From positions 15,085 through 79,084 of the forward strand of contig JBDRXL010000003.1 in assembly GCA_039802865.1 (NCBI GenBank): 64,000 nucleotides of DNA, written 5' to 3'. The notes under the pieces are model-generated. The model was not told where the DNA came from, did no database searches, and was given only the letters and a program-made list of their open reading frames with translations. The position numbers and the translations under genes are program-made. This document shows, in pieces, positions 30,522 to 42,383 of this stretch. Numbering within the stretch: position 1 is the stretch's first letter; every line of letters begins with the position of its first letter. The DNA comes from a candidate division WOR-3 bacterium. Lineage in GTDB: Bacteria; Hydrothermota; Hydrothermia; LBFQ01; DSFT01.

Positions 30522-30746
30522 GTGGTTTGGGACATTTGGTTAAGAAAGATTGATAAAAGGAAGTTGAATATGTTTATTATTTCAAAAGAGATATTTGATT
30601 ATAGAGGGGGGGGGTTAGGATTATATAATTTCTTTTTAATTCAGAAAGGAAGAGAGATTACTAAAATTTTAAATAAAATATATCCGTTGATAGTTGCTGG
30701 ATGTATAGATGCTTTAACATTTTCAGCCTATGAAAAGCAATTTTAA
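30522..30746 (+). CDS. short ORF, possibly a gene remnant
   Basis: Follows element 30505-30515; contains a G-run; no recognisable motif. Confidence 0.25.
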   Translation: MVWDIWLRKIDKRKLNMFIISKEIFDYRGGGLGLYNFFLIQKGREITKILNKIYPLIVAGCIDALTFSAYEKQF

Positions 30747-32265
30747 AAAAGCTTTATACTTTTTAGGAGATGAATGGAAAGAATTCTTATTATTTTTACT
30801 TGCACTTTGTCTCTTATTTGCAGTAGAAGCAATTGCTCATCCTTTAATGGTTAAATTTATCTTTGATGAAGCTACAATTAATAAAAATTTTAAAGTATTT
30901 TTAATTTTAGTAATTGTGTTTTTATTAATAGGAATAATTATCAATTTCACAGGTTGGTTATTAGAATTATGGGGTAAGCGTTTTGAAAATAAAGTAATAA
31001 GTAAAGTTGTTGAAAAGATGTTAAAATCTTATTATAATAAAGATTATAATTCTATACTTCAAAAGGGAGAGGGTTATTTTGTAGGTAGAGTATATAAAGA
31101 TGTAACAGAAGCTTTTATACCATTTATAAAATCAATAAGAGAAATGAGTGTAAATTTAACAAGGGTAATATCTTTTTTGGGTGTTCTTATTTATATTTCT
31201 TGGCAGGCAACATTAACCATAATAGGTCTTATTCCTTTTATTGTATATTTCTCAAATTTACTCTCACAAAAAATAAAATCAGCAACTATGGTAGAAAGAG
31301 AAAGTGAAAGTAATTTTATAAATGTATTAAACAAAAGTATTTCTTCTTATAAATTAGTTAATATCTATGGCGTTTTACCAAAAGTTTTAGAAGGCACAAT
31401 TTTTAGCTTATTAAATTATTTAAATGCCCTATATAGAAATTTTAAATTAATAACTACTTATAGAACAGGTGTTGATCTTATAATGAATATATCTGACTCT
31501 TTCTCTTTGATTGTAGGTGCAATTTTTGTATTCCAAGGAAAGTTAACATTTGGTGGATATCTTGCTTTTGTTACAGCATTTTGGAGAGCAGTTACCGCAG
31601 TTTCAGAATTTTTCAGACCTATTGGTGAATTAAGTAGAAGTTTTACTGTAATAAATAGATTATATGAATTTGAAAAAGAGGGAAGAAGGGAATTTTATGA
31701 GAAAGGAAATGAAGTTGTTCTTGAAAATGTTTATTTTTCATATGATAAAAATGTTTTATTAAAAGAATTTTCTCTTAAAATAAAGAGTGGAGAAAGAGTG
31801 CTTATTTTGGGACCAAATGGTTCAGGTAAAACAACTATTGCAAATATAATTTCTGGTTTGCTTTCACCACAAAAAGGAAAAGTAATTTTGCCTGAGAGAA
31901 TTTCATCCCTTACACTTCCTTTTGAATTTCCATTATTAAAAATAAAAGAATTACCTATTGATAAAGATTTATTAAGAGATTTTAAACTTGATGAATTTCT
32001 TGAAAATTATCCTGATGAATTATCAGTAGGACAAAGACAAAAATTATCTATTGCCCTTGCTCTTTCAAAAGAAGCTGATTTATATATTTTTGATGAGCCC
32101 CTTGCTAATTTAGACAAAGAAAGTAATCCATTAATTATGAAAAAGATATTAGAAAAGACAAAAGGTAAAACCTTAATTGTTATAATGCATAAGGGTGAGG
32201 AGTGGTATCCATATTTTGACAAAATTTTAAATATAGAGGAAATGAAAAAGGAGGGGGTTGTATGA
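30730..32265 (+). CDS. ABC exporter, fused permease/ATPase
   Basis: TM domain plus GPNGSGKT, LSVGQRQ, IFDEP. Confidence 0.92.
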   Translation: MKSNFKKALYFLGDEWKEFLLFLLALCLLFAVEAIAHPLMVKFIFDEATINKNFKVFLILVIVFLLIGIIINFTGWLLELWGKRFENKVISKVVEKMLKSYYNKDYNSILQKGEGYFVGRVYKDVTEAFIPFIKSIREMSVNLTRVISFLGVLIYISWQATLTIIGLIPFIVYFSNLLSQKIKSATMVERESESNFINVLNKSISSYKLVNIYGVLPKVLEGTIFSLLNYLNALYRNFKLITTYRTGVDLIMNISDSFSLIVGAIFVFQGKLTFGGYLAFVTAFWRAVTAVSEFFRPIGELSRSFTVINRLYEFEKEGRREFYEKGNEVVLENVYFSYDKNVLLKEFSLKIKSGERVLILGPNGSGKTTIANIISGLLSPQKGKVILPERISSLTLPFEFPLLKIKELPIDKDLLRDFKLDEFLENYPDELSVGQRQKLSIALALSKEADLYIFDEPLANLDKESNPLIMKKILEKTKGKTLIVIMHKGEEWYPYFDKILNIEEMKKEGVV

Positions 32266-34445
32266 TTAGCTTTTTTGTTATTGTATCTCTTGAAACGATA
32301 TCTCTATCAAAGTTTAAAGAAGGTGAAATTATAATTGATGGGGTTATATCCGAAGAAGCTTGGAATAAGGTTTCTCCAATTACTGAATTTTTTGAATTTC
32401 GACCAGTTGAAGGGGGAAAGCCATCTTTTAAAACTGAGCTATTCTTAGGATATGATAATAATAATTTATATGTTGCTTTCAAGTGCTATGATGATATGAA
32501 AACAGTTAGAAAAACGCTAACCAAAAGAGATGAACTTTCAACCGATGATATGGTTTGGTTTGAACTTGATATTTATGGGAAGGGAGAAAGTTATATTTTT
32601 GGAACAAATCCCTTAGGGGTTCAATTTGATGGGAAAAGAGTGCCACCTAATTTTTCAGAGGACTATTCCTTTGATACATATTTTGAAGTTAAATCTTTTA
32701 TTTCTGATTCTTTTTGGTCTGCAGAATTTAAAATACCATTTTCATCTTTAAGATTTCAAAGTAAGGAAAAACAGGAATGGATACTTGTTGCTTTCAGATT
32801 AAGACCAAGAGAAACATTTATTATTTATACTTTTCCTTTAATTTCAAGAAATAATCCCCTTTTATCTGCACAAGGAGCAAGAATTATAATTCCAGAGCGA
32901 ATTTATTCAAGAGAGAAAAGGTATGATATAATCCCCTATTTAATAAGCTCTCAAAGTGGTATAAAAGAAATTGAATATCAAAATGATAAAGTAAAGTTTA
33001 ATGCTGGTTTATCTGGAAAGATAGGGTTAAAAGAAAATTTGATTTTAGATTATGCACTAAATCCTGACTTTTCACAGATAGAAACAGATATTCCACAAAT
33101 AGATGTTAATACAACATATGCTTTATATTATCCTGAGAAAAGACCTTTATTTATGGAAGGTTCAGAGTTTGCTACAACATCCTTAAATTTATTTTATACA
33201 AGGATGGTTAATAATCCCCTTTATGCTTTAAAACTTACAGGAAAAATTTCTCTTTTTGACTTATATTTCCTTTCATCTTATGATGAAAATACAATTTATA
33301 TCTTACCATTTGAAGATGCAAGCTTTAGTTTTTCAAGTAATAAAAAAAGTTTTATAAATTTTTTAAGAATGCGCTCAACATTTTTAAATAATCAATCTTA
33401 TATAGGTTTTTTAATAGGAGATAGAGAAGTAATAAGAGATTCTTTTGATAATGGATTTGGAAGAATTTTTGCATTTGATACAAGAATAATATTTTTAAGG
33501 AATTATATTTTAGAGTATCAGGGAGGATATTCTTACGTTAAGGAGCCTGATGATACTGCTTTATTTCCTGGTATTGGAATAAATTTTAAAGAATATACTG
33601 ATAGATTTGATGGTGAGAAATTCTCTGGTTATGCAAATTATTTATCATTTAGCTCTATTTTCAGGAACTTAGTTTTATCTTTATTTTATAAAGAGAATTC
33701 AGAAGGTTTTCGTTCTGATATTGGATTTATAGAAAGGAACAATTTTAAAATAAAGGGAGTTTTAATAAATCCACGCTTTTATCCTAATAAATTTGGCTTT
33801 ACTGAAATTAATTTCTGGACTAACTATACAAATGAAGAAAATTTTGAAGGAGTTTTAAAACAAGAGAAAATAACTTTTGGTTTTAGTTCTAATTTTTCTT
33901 TTTCACAATTAACATTTGGTAGTCAATATTCAATTGAAGATAAAAACACATTTAATATCTATTTTCTTGACTATTCAAAATTTAATGATATTTACACTTA
34001 TTCTTTCTGGCTTAATGGGACTCCTTTTAAATTCTTAGATTTTCAACTTCGTTATAAGGAGGGTAAGGCTATATTTTACCAAATGGATACTTTGCTTTAT
34101 AATGCTACTTTATCAGGCTATTTTAACTTTAAATTTACAAGATTTGTTTTTTATGTAGGATTTGATAATCAAGTATTTTACTTGGAAAGATATAAAGATA
34201 AAATAACGGAAGCTTTGGTTTTTTATAGTGGATTAAATTATAGTTTTACAGATAAAGTTTTTACAAGAATAAATATCACATATTATAAGGACTTGTTTGG
34301 AATTTATCCCTTATTTACATATCAGCTTAATCCTTTTACAGTGTTTTATCTTGGTGCGAATATAAATGCTATGAAATATGGGAATAAGCTTGAAGGTGAA
34401 AATCATCAGATATTTTTGAAATTCCAATATATGTTTAAAATTTAG
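32262..34445 (+). CDS. CBM9-like/DUF5916 outer-membrane protein
   Basis: IDGVISEEAW, WSAEFKIPFSSLRF, NPDFSQIE, YPEKRPLFMEG, C-terminal FLKFQYMF. Confidence 0.85.
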   Translation: MISFFVIVSLETISLSKFKEGEIIIDGVISEEAWNKVSPITEFFEFRPVEGGKPSFKTELFLGYDNNNLYVAFKCYDDMKTVRKTLTKRDELSTDDMVWFELDIYGKGESYIFGTNPLGVQFDGKRVPPNFSEDYSFDTYFEVKSFISDSFWSAEFKIPFSSLRFQSKEKQEWILVAFRLRPRETFIIYTFPLISRNNPLLSAQGARIIIPERIYSREKRYDIIPYLISSQSGIKEIEYQNDKVKFNAGLSGKIGLKENLILDYALNPDFSQIETDIPQIDVNTTYALYYPEKRPLFMEGSEFATTSLNLFYTRMVNNPLYALKLTGKISLFDLYFLSSYDENTIYILPFEDASFSFSSNKKSFINFLRMRSTFLNNQSYIGFLIGDREVIRDSFDNGFGRIFAFDTRIIFLRNYILEYQGGYSYVKEPDDTALFPGIGINFKEYTDRFDGEKFSGYANYLSFSSIFRNLVLSLFYKENSEGFRSDIGFIERNNFKIKGVLINPRFYPNKFGFTEINFWTNYTNEENFEGVLKQEKITFGFSSNFSFSQLTFGSQYSIEDKNTFNIYFLDYSKFNDIYTYSFWLNGTPFKFLDFQLRYKEGKAIFYQMDTLLYNATLSGYFNFKFTRFVFYVGFDNQVFYLERYKDKITEALVFYSGLNYSFTDKVFTRINITYYKDLFGIYPLFTYQLNPFTVFYLGANINAMKYGNKLEGENHQIFLKFQYMFKI

Positions 34446-34491
34446 ATGCTCCTTTTTAATTTGACAACTTGAAATTTGACCCCCCGTGTAC

Positions 34492-34502
34492 TTTAAAATT
34501 TT
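34492..34502 (+). promoter_or_regulatory. TTTAAAATTTT element, putative 16S rRNA promoter -10
   Basis: Ends 14 nt before the 5' processing-stem arm; TTGACA/TTGAAA/TTGACC hexamers lie upstream but at non-canonical spacing. Confidence 0.7.
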
Positions 34503-34516
34503 CACACTTACCGACT

Positions 34517-34544
34517 GGCTATATACAGGTCAGGTAGTATACCC
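34517..34544 (+). repeat. 5' arm of 16S processing stem
   Basis: GGCTATATACAGGTCAGGTAGTATACCC pairs over 28 bp (3 G-U) with 36120-36147. Confidence 0.9.
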
Positions 34545-34562
34545 CGAGTAATAAACCTTTTC

Positions 34563-36100
<1,538 letters not shown>

Positions 36101-36119
36101 TTATAAGGAAAATAAGTAA

Positions 36120-36147
36120 GGGTATGCTACCTGGTCTGTATATAGCC
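36120..36147 (+). repeat. 3' arm of 16S processing stem
   Basis: GGGTATGCTACCTGGTCTGTATATAGCC, complementary to 34517-34544. Confidence 0.9.
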
Positions 36148-36173
36148 TAAGTCTTACTATCAATTAACTATCA

Positions 36174-36246
36174 GGGGCGGTAGCTCAGTTGGGAGAGCGT
36201 CCGTTTCGCAGGCGGAAGGTCGCCGGTTCAAATCCGGTCCGCTCCA
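36174..36246 (+). tRNA. tRNA-Ala(CGC), CCA not encoded
   Basis: Acceptor GGGGCGG/CCGCTCC with G3:U70 and A73; anticodon arm TCCGT-TTCGCAG-GCGGA; T-loop GGTTCAAATCC. Confidence 0.95.
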
Positions 36247-37208
36247 CAAATTTTCCCAAAATCTCCAAGAATAATTTTCCCTTTTACATTTGAAATTTCA
36301 CAATTTGAACCAATAATAGAATTTTCAATATTCACATTTAGAACTTTTGAATTTTCCATAATTATAGAATTTCTTATAGATGAATTCTTAATAATTACTC
36401 CTTCTGAAATATCTACAAAAGGTCCTATTATTGAATTTTCAATTATACAATTTTCTCCTATAAAAACAGGTTCAATAATTTTTGAATTTATTATATTTGA
36501 TAGAATTTTTGTTCCATTTTCCTTTAAAATATACTCCATAGTTTCTAAATATGTTTCTATTTTCCCACAATCTTGCCAATAATCAATTCTTAATGCTTTT
36601 AATTTATAATCGCTTTGAATAAGAATTTTTAAAGCATCTGTTAATTGATATTCATTTTTTGTTTTTATATTCTTTTCATATAATTTTTCAATTGCTTCTT
36701 TCAATTTTTTGCTATCTTTTATATAATATATTCCTGCAATTGCTAAATTAGTTTTTGGATTATCTGGTTTTTCTTCAAGATCTATTATATATTCATTTTC
36801 TAAAACAACTATTCCAAATCTTTTAGGTTCTTCAACTTCCTTTACTGCTAAAAAATCTTCTTTAAAGTCAAATTTTCCATCATATAAAGCATCTGGCAAG
36901 ACAATCAAAATATCACTATCAATATCTTTTATACCCATATAAACTGCATCTGCTAAACCTTTTGGTTCCTTTTGAATTCTATAAGAAGTATTCTTATAAA
37001 TGTTCCTTAAAAACTCATATGTATTATATCCAAATTCATCATCTGATATTATTATTATAATTTCTTCAAAATCACACCAATTTTTCATCTTATCAAATAG
37101 GTGCTCTATAATAGGTTTTGAGTAAATTCTTAATAGGGATTTTGATCTATATAAACTAAAAGGTCTTAATCTTGTTCCTTTACCTGCACTTGGTAATATA
37201 ACTTTCAT
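36228..37208 (-). CDS. sugar-phosphate nucleotidyltransferase (glucose-1-phosphate thymidylyltransferase long-form-like)
   Basis: MKVILPSAGKGTRLRP, QKEPKGLADA, EEKP, WQDCG, hexapeptide tail; start at ATG 37208. Confidence 0.9.
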   Translation of the reverse strand: MKVILPSAGKGTRLRPFSLYRSKSLLRIYSKPIIEHLFDKMKNWCDFEEIIIIISDDEFGYNTYEFLRNIYKNTSYRIQKEPKGLADAVYMGIKDIDSDILIVLPDALYDGKFDFKEDFLAVKEVEEPKRFGIVVLENEYIIDLEEKPDNPKTNLAIAGIYYIKDSKKLKEAIEKLYEKNIKTKNEYQLTDALKILIQSDYKLKALRIDYWQDCGKIETYLETMEYILKENGTKILSNIINSKIIEPVFIGENCIIENSIIGPFVDISEGVIIKNSSIRNSIIMENSKVLNVNIENSIIGSNCEISNVKGKIILGDFGKICGADRI

Positions 37209-37795
37209 TTTATATTCCCTCCTATTATAATTCCAAGCACCGCTCCTGCAATAACATCTGAAAACCAATGCTGATCTTTATAAATCCTTGCCATACCAAC
37301 TCCAATAGCTAAGGAATAACTTAAAACACTTATAAATTTATTATTTAATTGTGATGATAAATAACTTGCTGTTGTAAATGCAATAATAGTATGTCCAGAG
37401 GGAAATGATTGATAATCATTATTTAAGTTAAATGTTTTAAATGAAAGAGAACCTTCATCTGTATAAGGTCTTGCTCTTCCAAAAATATACTTTAATCCTA
37501 AAACAGTGCCACCACTTATTAAAAAGCTTTTTAAACCATTTATAGAGAATTTTTCTAATTTTTCATCGTTTTTTAGCTTTGAAATAAAATATAAGACTGA
37601 ATAGCCTATTATATGATATTGTCCTTCACCAAGCTCATTAAGAAAATTAAAACTTGAATTTAAAAAACCATTCTTATAATTTAAAGAATAATTTCTAATC
37701 CTTTCATCTAAATTGAACATACTATATGGAACAAGTATATAACTTGTTGTTAATAAACTCATTTGAAAATCACTTAAACTTATTAAAAATATCAT
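37205..37795 (-). CDS. PAP2 family phosphatase
   Basis: K...GRARP, SFPSGH, ARIYKDQHWFSDV. Confidence 0.92.
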   Translation of the reverse strand: MIFLISLSDFQMSLLTTSYILVPYSMFNLDERIRNYSLNYKNGFLNSSFNFLNELGEGQYHIIGYSVLYFISKLKNDEKLEKFSINGLKSFLISGGTVLGLKYIFGRARPYTDEGSLSFKTFNLNNDYQSFPSGHTIIAFTTASYLSSQLNNKFISVLSYSLAIGVGMARIYKDQHWFSDVIAGAVLGIIIGGNIK

Positions 37796-39381
37796 ATTTT
37801 ACTGCCAAGTCTTACAATTGCTCGCTTTGCTCTTGTATTGTTTGGATCTAATCTTAAAATATCTGACCAAAGATTTAAAGACTCTTTATATCTTCCCTCT
37901 TTTTCAAGTTGTAAGGCTTGAATTTCTTTTTGGGCTAATTTTAAATAAAATTCTGCACTTGTATTATTTGGATCACTTTTTAAAATTTCCATTGCAAATT
38001 TTATAGTTCCTTCTAAATCTGCTTTATCTTCATATAATTCTTTAAGTTTTAATATAGCATTTACAGAACCAGAACCTGCTAATGGTTTTTCTGTTTCTGT
38101 CTTTATATCAAATTTACCAATTTCAGGAATATCTATTTTTATATCTGATGATATGGAAGGCTCTTTTATTTTTGTAGGTTTTAATTCAGATTTAGTTTCT
38201 GGGATATTTGTTTCAAGTTCTATTCTTTTCTTTACTTCTGGAATTTCTGGTTTTGTTAATTCAGGCTCTTGGATATTAGTTTTTGTTTCTGCAATTTCAA
38301 GCAATTTTTGAGCCTCTTCTGTTTTTCCTTCTTTTTCTAATAATTTTGCGGTGCTTACAACTTCACTAACAAGCTTTGCTCTTAAAATTTGACTATATAT
38401 TTCACTAAATAATTTATCTTCACCAAGAACATCTTCTACACTTTTAAGTTTTTCCTTTGCTTGACTTAAATTACCTTTGTTTAAATCTTCCTTTATTTTT
38501 AATACACTTTCCCAAGCATTTAATCTTTGCTTAGCTAACTTTTCAAGTAATTCCAAATCTGAACTTTTATTAAATTTTTTAGCATTTTCAAATTCATATA
38601 ACGCATATTTTAATAAGCTTATTTTTTCTTCAATTTTATTACTTTCAAATGCCTTACTTAAACTTTCTTTTCCACTATTATAATGATAATAAAATGTATT
38701 TATTTTATTTGATGTCCAAAAATATGTTGTTAAAATAGAAAGTAAAAATACCATTATACCTATTAATACAAATACAAATCTCTTTGAGGGTGTTTTATAA
38801 ATTTCATGTTCTGGCTTTTCTTTTGGATTTACAAAAATTAATCTTGTTTTCCCAATTAGAATTTCATCTCCACTTTTTAACTCTTTTGCTTCCTTAAAAA
38901 TTTTTCCATTTATTAAGGTTGGATTTTTTGCTTGTAAATCCTTCCAAATATACTTATCATTATCAATACTTAAAATTGCATGTTTTCTTGAAACATATTC
39001 ATCCTCAATTATATAATCTGCTGATATATCTCTTCCTATAACACCTGCCTTTTCAACTTTTATCATACTTCCAGGATGATGACCAACTATTACTCTAAAA
39101 TATGGAACTTCAATTTTATTTAAGGCAATTTGAACTTTCAAATCTTCAACTTCTATAATATCTCCATCTTTTATTTCAGTTTTTCCAGTAAAAGTTTGTC
39201 CATTTAATTTAATTTCAGATATTACATTTAATATCCATTTTCCTTCTACATATGAAAAAGAAAAGTGCTTAGGAGACAATTTAGAATATACATAATCACA
39301 ACCATTACTACTTCCAAAAACGAAATTCGTTTTATTTACTTTAATTTCACTATTTCCAATTTTTAAATGTAATTCAAGCAT
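37792..39381 (-). CDS. double-FHA, single-TM, TPR-containing protein
   Basis: FGSSNGCD...SPKH and IGRD...VSRKHA...NPTLING; TM segment; Pro/Glu/Lys linker; C-terminal LDPNN TPR. Confidence 0.8.
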   Translation of the reverse strand: MLELHLKIGNSEIKVNKTNFVFGSSNGCDYVYSKLSPKHFSFSYVEGKWILNVISEIKLNGQTFTGKTEIKDGDIIEVEDLKVQIALNKIEVPYFRVIVGHHPGSMIKVEKAGVIGRDISADYIIEDEYVSRKHAILSIDNDKYIWKDLQAKNPTLINGKIFKEAKELKSGDEILIGKTRLIFVNPKEKPEHEIYKTPSKRFVFVLIGIMVFLLSILTTYFWTSNKINTFYYHYNSGKESLSKAFESNKIEEKISLLKYALYEFENAKKFNKSSDLELLEKLAKQRLNAWESVLKIKEDLNKGNLSQAKEKLKSVEDVLGEDKLFSEIYSQILRAKLVSEVVSTAKLLEKEGKTEEAQKLLEIAETKTNIQEPELTKPEIPEVKKRIELETNIPETKSELKPTKIKEPSISSDIKIDIPEIGKFDIKTETEKPLAGSGSVNAILKLKELYEDKADLEGTIKFAMEILKSDPNNTSAEFYLKLAQKEIQALQLEKEGRYKESLNLWSDILRLDPNNTRAKRAIVRLGSKI

Positions 39382-39384
39382 AGC

Positions 39385-39912
39385 TTAAATTTTAAAGGAT
39401 AAAAATAAAACCCTTGTCTCACCCTTTATATAATCTTTATAAATTTTGTAATTTTCAATTTTTATATTTGTTTTTGATGAAAGTTGTAATATAAACATAC
39501 CATCTTCTTTTAATCTCATTTTTGCTAATCGTAAAAGCTGATTATAGAATTTATAATCATATGGTGGGTCTGCCAAAATAATATCAAATTTATATTCATA
39601 GTTTCTTAAAAACTTTAATGCATCCATTTTTATAAAAACTGCCTTATTTTCATATTTTAGAATTTTTATATTTTCAAGAATTGCTTTTTGTGATGCTCTT
39701 GAAATATCTACAAATATACAGCTTTTTGCTCCTCTTGAAAGGGCTTCAAATCCAAGTGCTCCACTACCTGCAAAAATTTCAAGAATTTCTTTATTTATAA
39801 TATAATCCCCAAGTGTATCAAATATGGATTTTTTTATAAATGAGCTTGTAGGTCTAATATCTTTTGGACTTTTTATAATAAATCCTTTTTTCTCTCCCCC
39901 TTCTATTCTCAC
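39385..39912 (-). CDS. rsmD: 16S rRNA m2G966 methyltransferase
   Basis: MRIEGG, IRPT, FAGSGALGFEALSRGA, DPPY. Confidence 0.93.
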   Translation of the reverse strand: MRIEGGEKKGFIIKSPKDIRPTSSFIKKSIFDTLGDYIINKEILEIFAGSGALGFEALSRGAKSCIFVDISRASQKAILENIKILKYENKAVFIKMDALKFLRNYEYKFDIILADPPYDYKFYNQLLRLAKMRLKEDGMFILQLSSKTNIKIENYKIYKDYIKGETRVLFLSFKI

Positions 39913-40799
39913 AATCTCACTTCCTTTCTTAATTTATTTGGAATAACGATAAGATATTTCCCTCTCTTTTCAAATTCAAAAACTTTTAAATTTTCATCAA
40001 ATAGAACATTTTTTATTAATTTTCCATTTTTATCATAAATTAAAATTTTTCCATTATAATTTAGGTTCTTATATATAAAAATTTTTTTGCTTTTTGTTGA
40101 AATTACAAAATTAATTGTATCTAAAATTTCCCCTTTAATTTCTTTGAGATTAGCACTATCATTTATAAATACAAAGTGTTGCTTAAAACAATATGCAGGA
40201 ATTGTATCAATAATTATTGAGCTATCTTTAAGTTTTATAGTTTTTTCTTTATAATCTAAGCAATCTAAATAAAATCTATAATTTCCTTGGGCTTTTATAG
40301 TTATTTTATAAACAATGCCTGGTTTAAAATCAAAGCTTTGCCATATTTTATTTTTACTCATTTGCCAATTTTTAAATTTATATTCTTTTTGACTAAAATC
40401 TATATTTTTTAGAAAATTACTTTCAATTTTAAAAATTCTTATTTTACAATCTTCATTTGAATTATAAAAACTTAACCTAAAAATTACACTATCAAAATTT
40501 CCAAAATCCTTTATTTCTAAAAATAATTTGTTTGAACTTTTATTTGAGCTTTCTGATTTTTCATTTATTGAAACTTTAAATTTATTGCCTAAACAATTAT
40601 TTAGATAATCAATTCTTATATATGGATCTTTAACATTATAAACAACTTGTTCAATATAACCAATTTTTTCGGAAAATATATCCAAAGAACTATCACTTTT
40701 TTCAATTTTTAAATTTTCAATATCCCAATATTTATATCCGCTTTCTTCTAATTGTGAAAAATCACTGTTTTTAAAAAATAACAAAATTTCAAGAATCAT
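39909..40799 (-). CDS. hypothetical exported protein with T9SS-CTD/FlgD-Ig-like C-terminus
   Basis: ILIYDKNGKLIK...RGKYLIVI; short hydrophobic N-terminus. Confidence 0.55.
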   Translation of the reverse strand: MILEILLFFKNSDFSQLEESGYKYWDIENLKIEKSDSSLDIFSEKIGYIEQVVYNVKDPYIRIDYLNNCLGNKFKVSINEKSESSNKSSNKLFLEIKDFGNFDSVIFRLSFYNSNEDCKIRIFKIESNFLKNIDFSQKEYKFKNWQMSKNKIWQSFDFKPGIVYKITIKAQGNYRFYLDCLDYKEKTIKLKDSSIIIDTIPAYCFKQHFVFINDSANLKEIKGEILDTINFVISTKSKKIFIYKNLNYNGKILIYDKNGKLIKNVLFDENLKVFEFEKRGKYLIVIPNKLRKEVRL

Positions 40800-41430
40800 T
40801 CAAAAAACTTTTTATTTTTTCTAAATCTGATTTTATAACAGGTATTAAATTAGGGTTTCTTAATGCAGCAGCAGGGTGATAAGTAATTAATAATGGAATT
40901 TTATAAATGCTTTCAATAATTTTTCCTCTATTTTGAAGTGCTCTTTCAAATGGTTTTGAGCTTAATAATCCTGCCGAATATCTTCCAAGGGCTACAATTA
41001 ACTTTGGAGAAATAATTTTTATTTGATAATCTAAATATGGCTTACATGTTAAAATTTCATTTTCTTTTGGATCTCTATTATTTAATGGTCTGCATTTTAC
41101 TACATTTGTTATAAATACATCTTTTTCTCTATCAATTCCAATTTCTTCTAAAATTTGAGTTAATAGTTTTCCTGCTTTTCCGACAAAAGGTTTTCCAGTT
41201 TTGTCTTCTTCATATCCAGGAGCCTCCCCTACTAATACGATTCTTGCATATGGATTTCCACTTCCAAATACAAATTTTGTTCTTGTTTTATGCAATTCAC
41301 ACTTCATGCAGTTTTTAATTTTCTCTTCAAATTGCTCCAAAATTTTTCTTTTATCAATATAATTTTCCATTAAAAAAACTTCTTTTATTCCATAAATCTC
41401 AATTAATTTTTTTAACTTATCCATTTTCAA
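40789..41430 (-). CDS. uracil-DNA glycosylase family 4
   Basis: CMKCEL, VGEAPG, PFVGKAG, KCRP, TYHPAA. Confidence 0.95.
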   Translation of the reverse strand: MKMDKLKKLIEIYGIKEVFLMENYIDKRKILEQFEEKIKNCMKCELHKTRTKFVFGSGNPYARIVLVGEAPGYEEDKTGKPFVGKAGKLLTQILEEIGIDREKDVFITNVVKCRPLNNRDPKENEILTCKPYLDYQIKIISPKLIVALGRYSAGLLSSKPFERALQNRGKIIESIYKIPLLITYHPAAALRNPNLIPVIKSDLEKIKSFLNDS

Positions 41431-42373
41431 AAAAATTTAAAAAGTTTGGAGCACCTATCTCTTTAAAATGGGCTTCAAGATTATAATAAAATTTAAATTC
41501 TTCATCACTATAATTTTTCTTTGAACTATAAAAATTATATATTTCATCTTCCTTAAATTCACTATAAAATGTTTCATCCAAGTTTATTATTTTAAATTCT
41601 CCATTTTCTTTAACATAAAAAGCTTCCATATGAAATGAATTTTTTATTAGCTCCAAGAATGTTTTTGCAAAATTTATATTTACAAAACCAAATATAACTT
41701 TATTGTTATGAAAACTCATCAAACCTATAATAGTGCTTGTAATTTCATCATTTATATAAACTGGCATTCTTTTTATATGTTTCACAAGTTCGCCTTTTAA
41801 TAGTATCAAAATATCATTTTGGATTATACTAAAACAATTTAATTTTTTAATAGTCTTTTCAAACTTCTTTATATCACTAATACTTCCAAAGCAATTATAT
41901 TTTTTATATAAAAATCCATCCCAACATTTTTTATTCTCTAAATTCATTGTTGTAAGTTTAATATAGTTTTCAAAAGGTCTCTCACTTAAATCAATATATT
42001 TTAAATAAAAATATGGATAAGTTATAGTTAGCTCATCTACTAAATATAAGTTATTATCGGACTCATAAATTCTTGAAATGATTATGTCATACTTTAAAGG
42101 TTTTAAATTTGTGATAACTTCATATGTTTGATTATCTAATAAGTTTCTTATTTTAATTTTATTTCCATTTACATTTAAAACTTCAAAATATCCAAAAAAT
42201 CCATCTTTAATTTTTCTTATGTAATCTAAATGTTTTGAATTCATTAAGTGTTTTCTATCCTCAAAAAAACTAATTATATTTTCATTATTTAATAACGCCA
42301 AGTAGTTTTTTGTGTTTAGGTTTGTATTTTTAACCCATCTTTCAAAGTGAATATCTATTATCTCTTTAAGCAT
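41417..42373 (-). CDS. hypothetical protein
   Basis: 318-aa ORF with upstream element 42379-42388. Confidence 0.7.
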   Translation of the reverse strand: MLKEIIDIHFERWVKNTNLNTKNYLALLNNENIISFFEDRKHLMNSKHLDYIRKIKDGFFGYFEVLNVNGNKIKIRNLLDNQTYEVITNLKPLKYDIIISRIYESDNNLYLVDELTITYPYFYLKYIDLSERPFENYIKLTTMNLENKKCWDGFLYKKYNCFGSISDIKKFEKTIKKLNCFSIIQNDILILLKGELVKHIKRMPVYINDEITSTIIGLMSFHNNKVIFGFVNINFAKTFLELIKNSFHMEAFYVKENGEFKIINLDETFYSEFKEDEIYNFYSSKKNYSDEEFKFYYNLEAHFKEIGAPNFLNFFENG

Positions 42374-42383
42374 AATTGAAATT

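Noticed and set aside
37209-37268. N-terminal extension MVFRCYCRSG... of the nucleotidyltransferase
   Set aside because: It overlaps the PAP2 gene, and family homology starts at MKVILP (37208)
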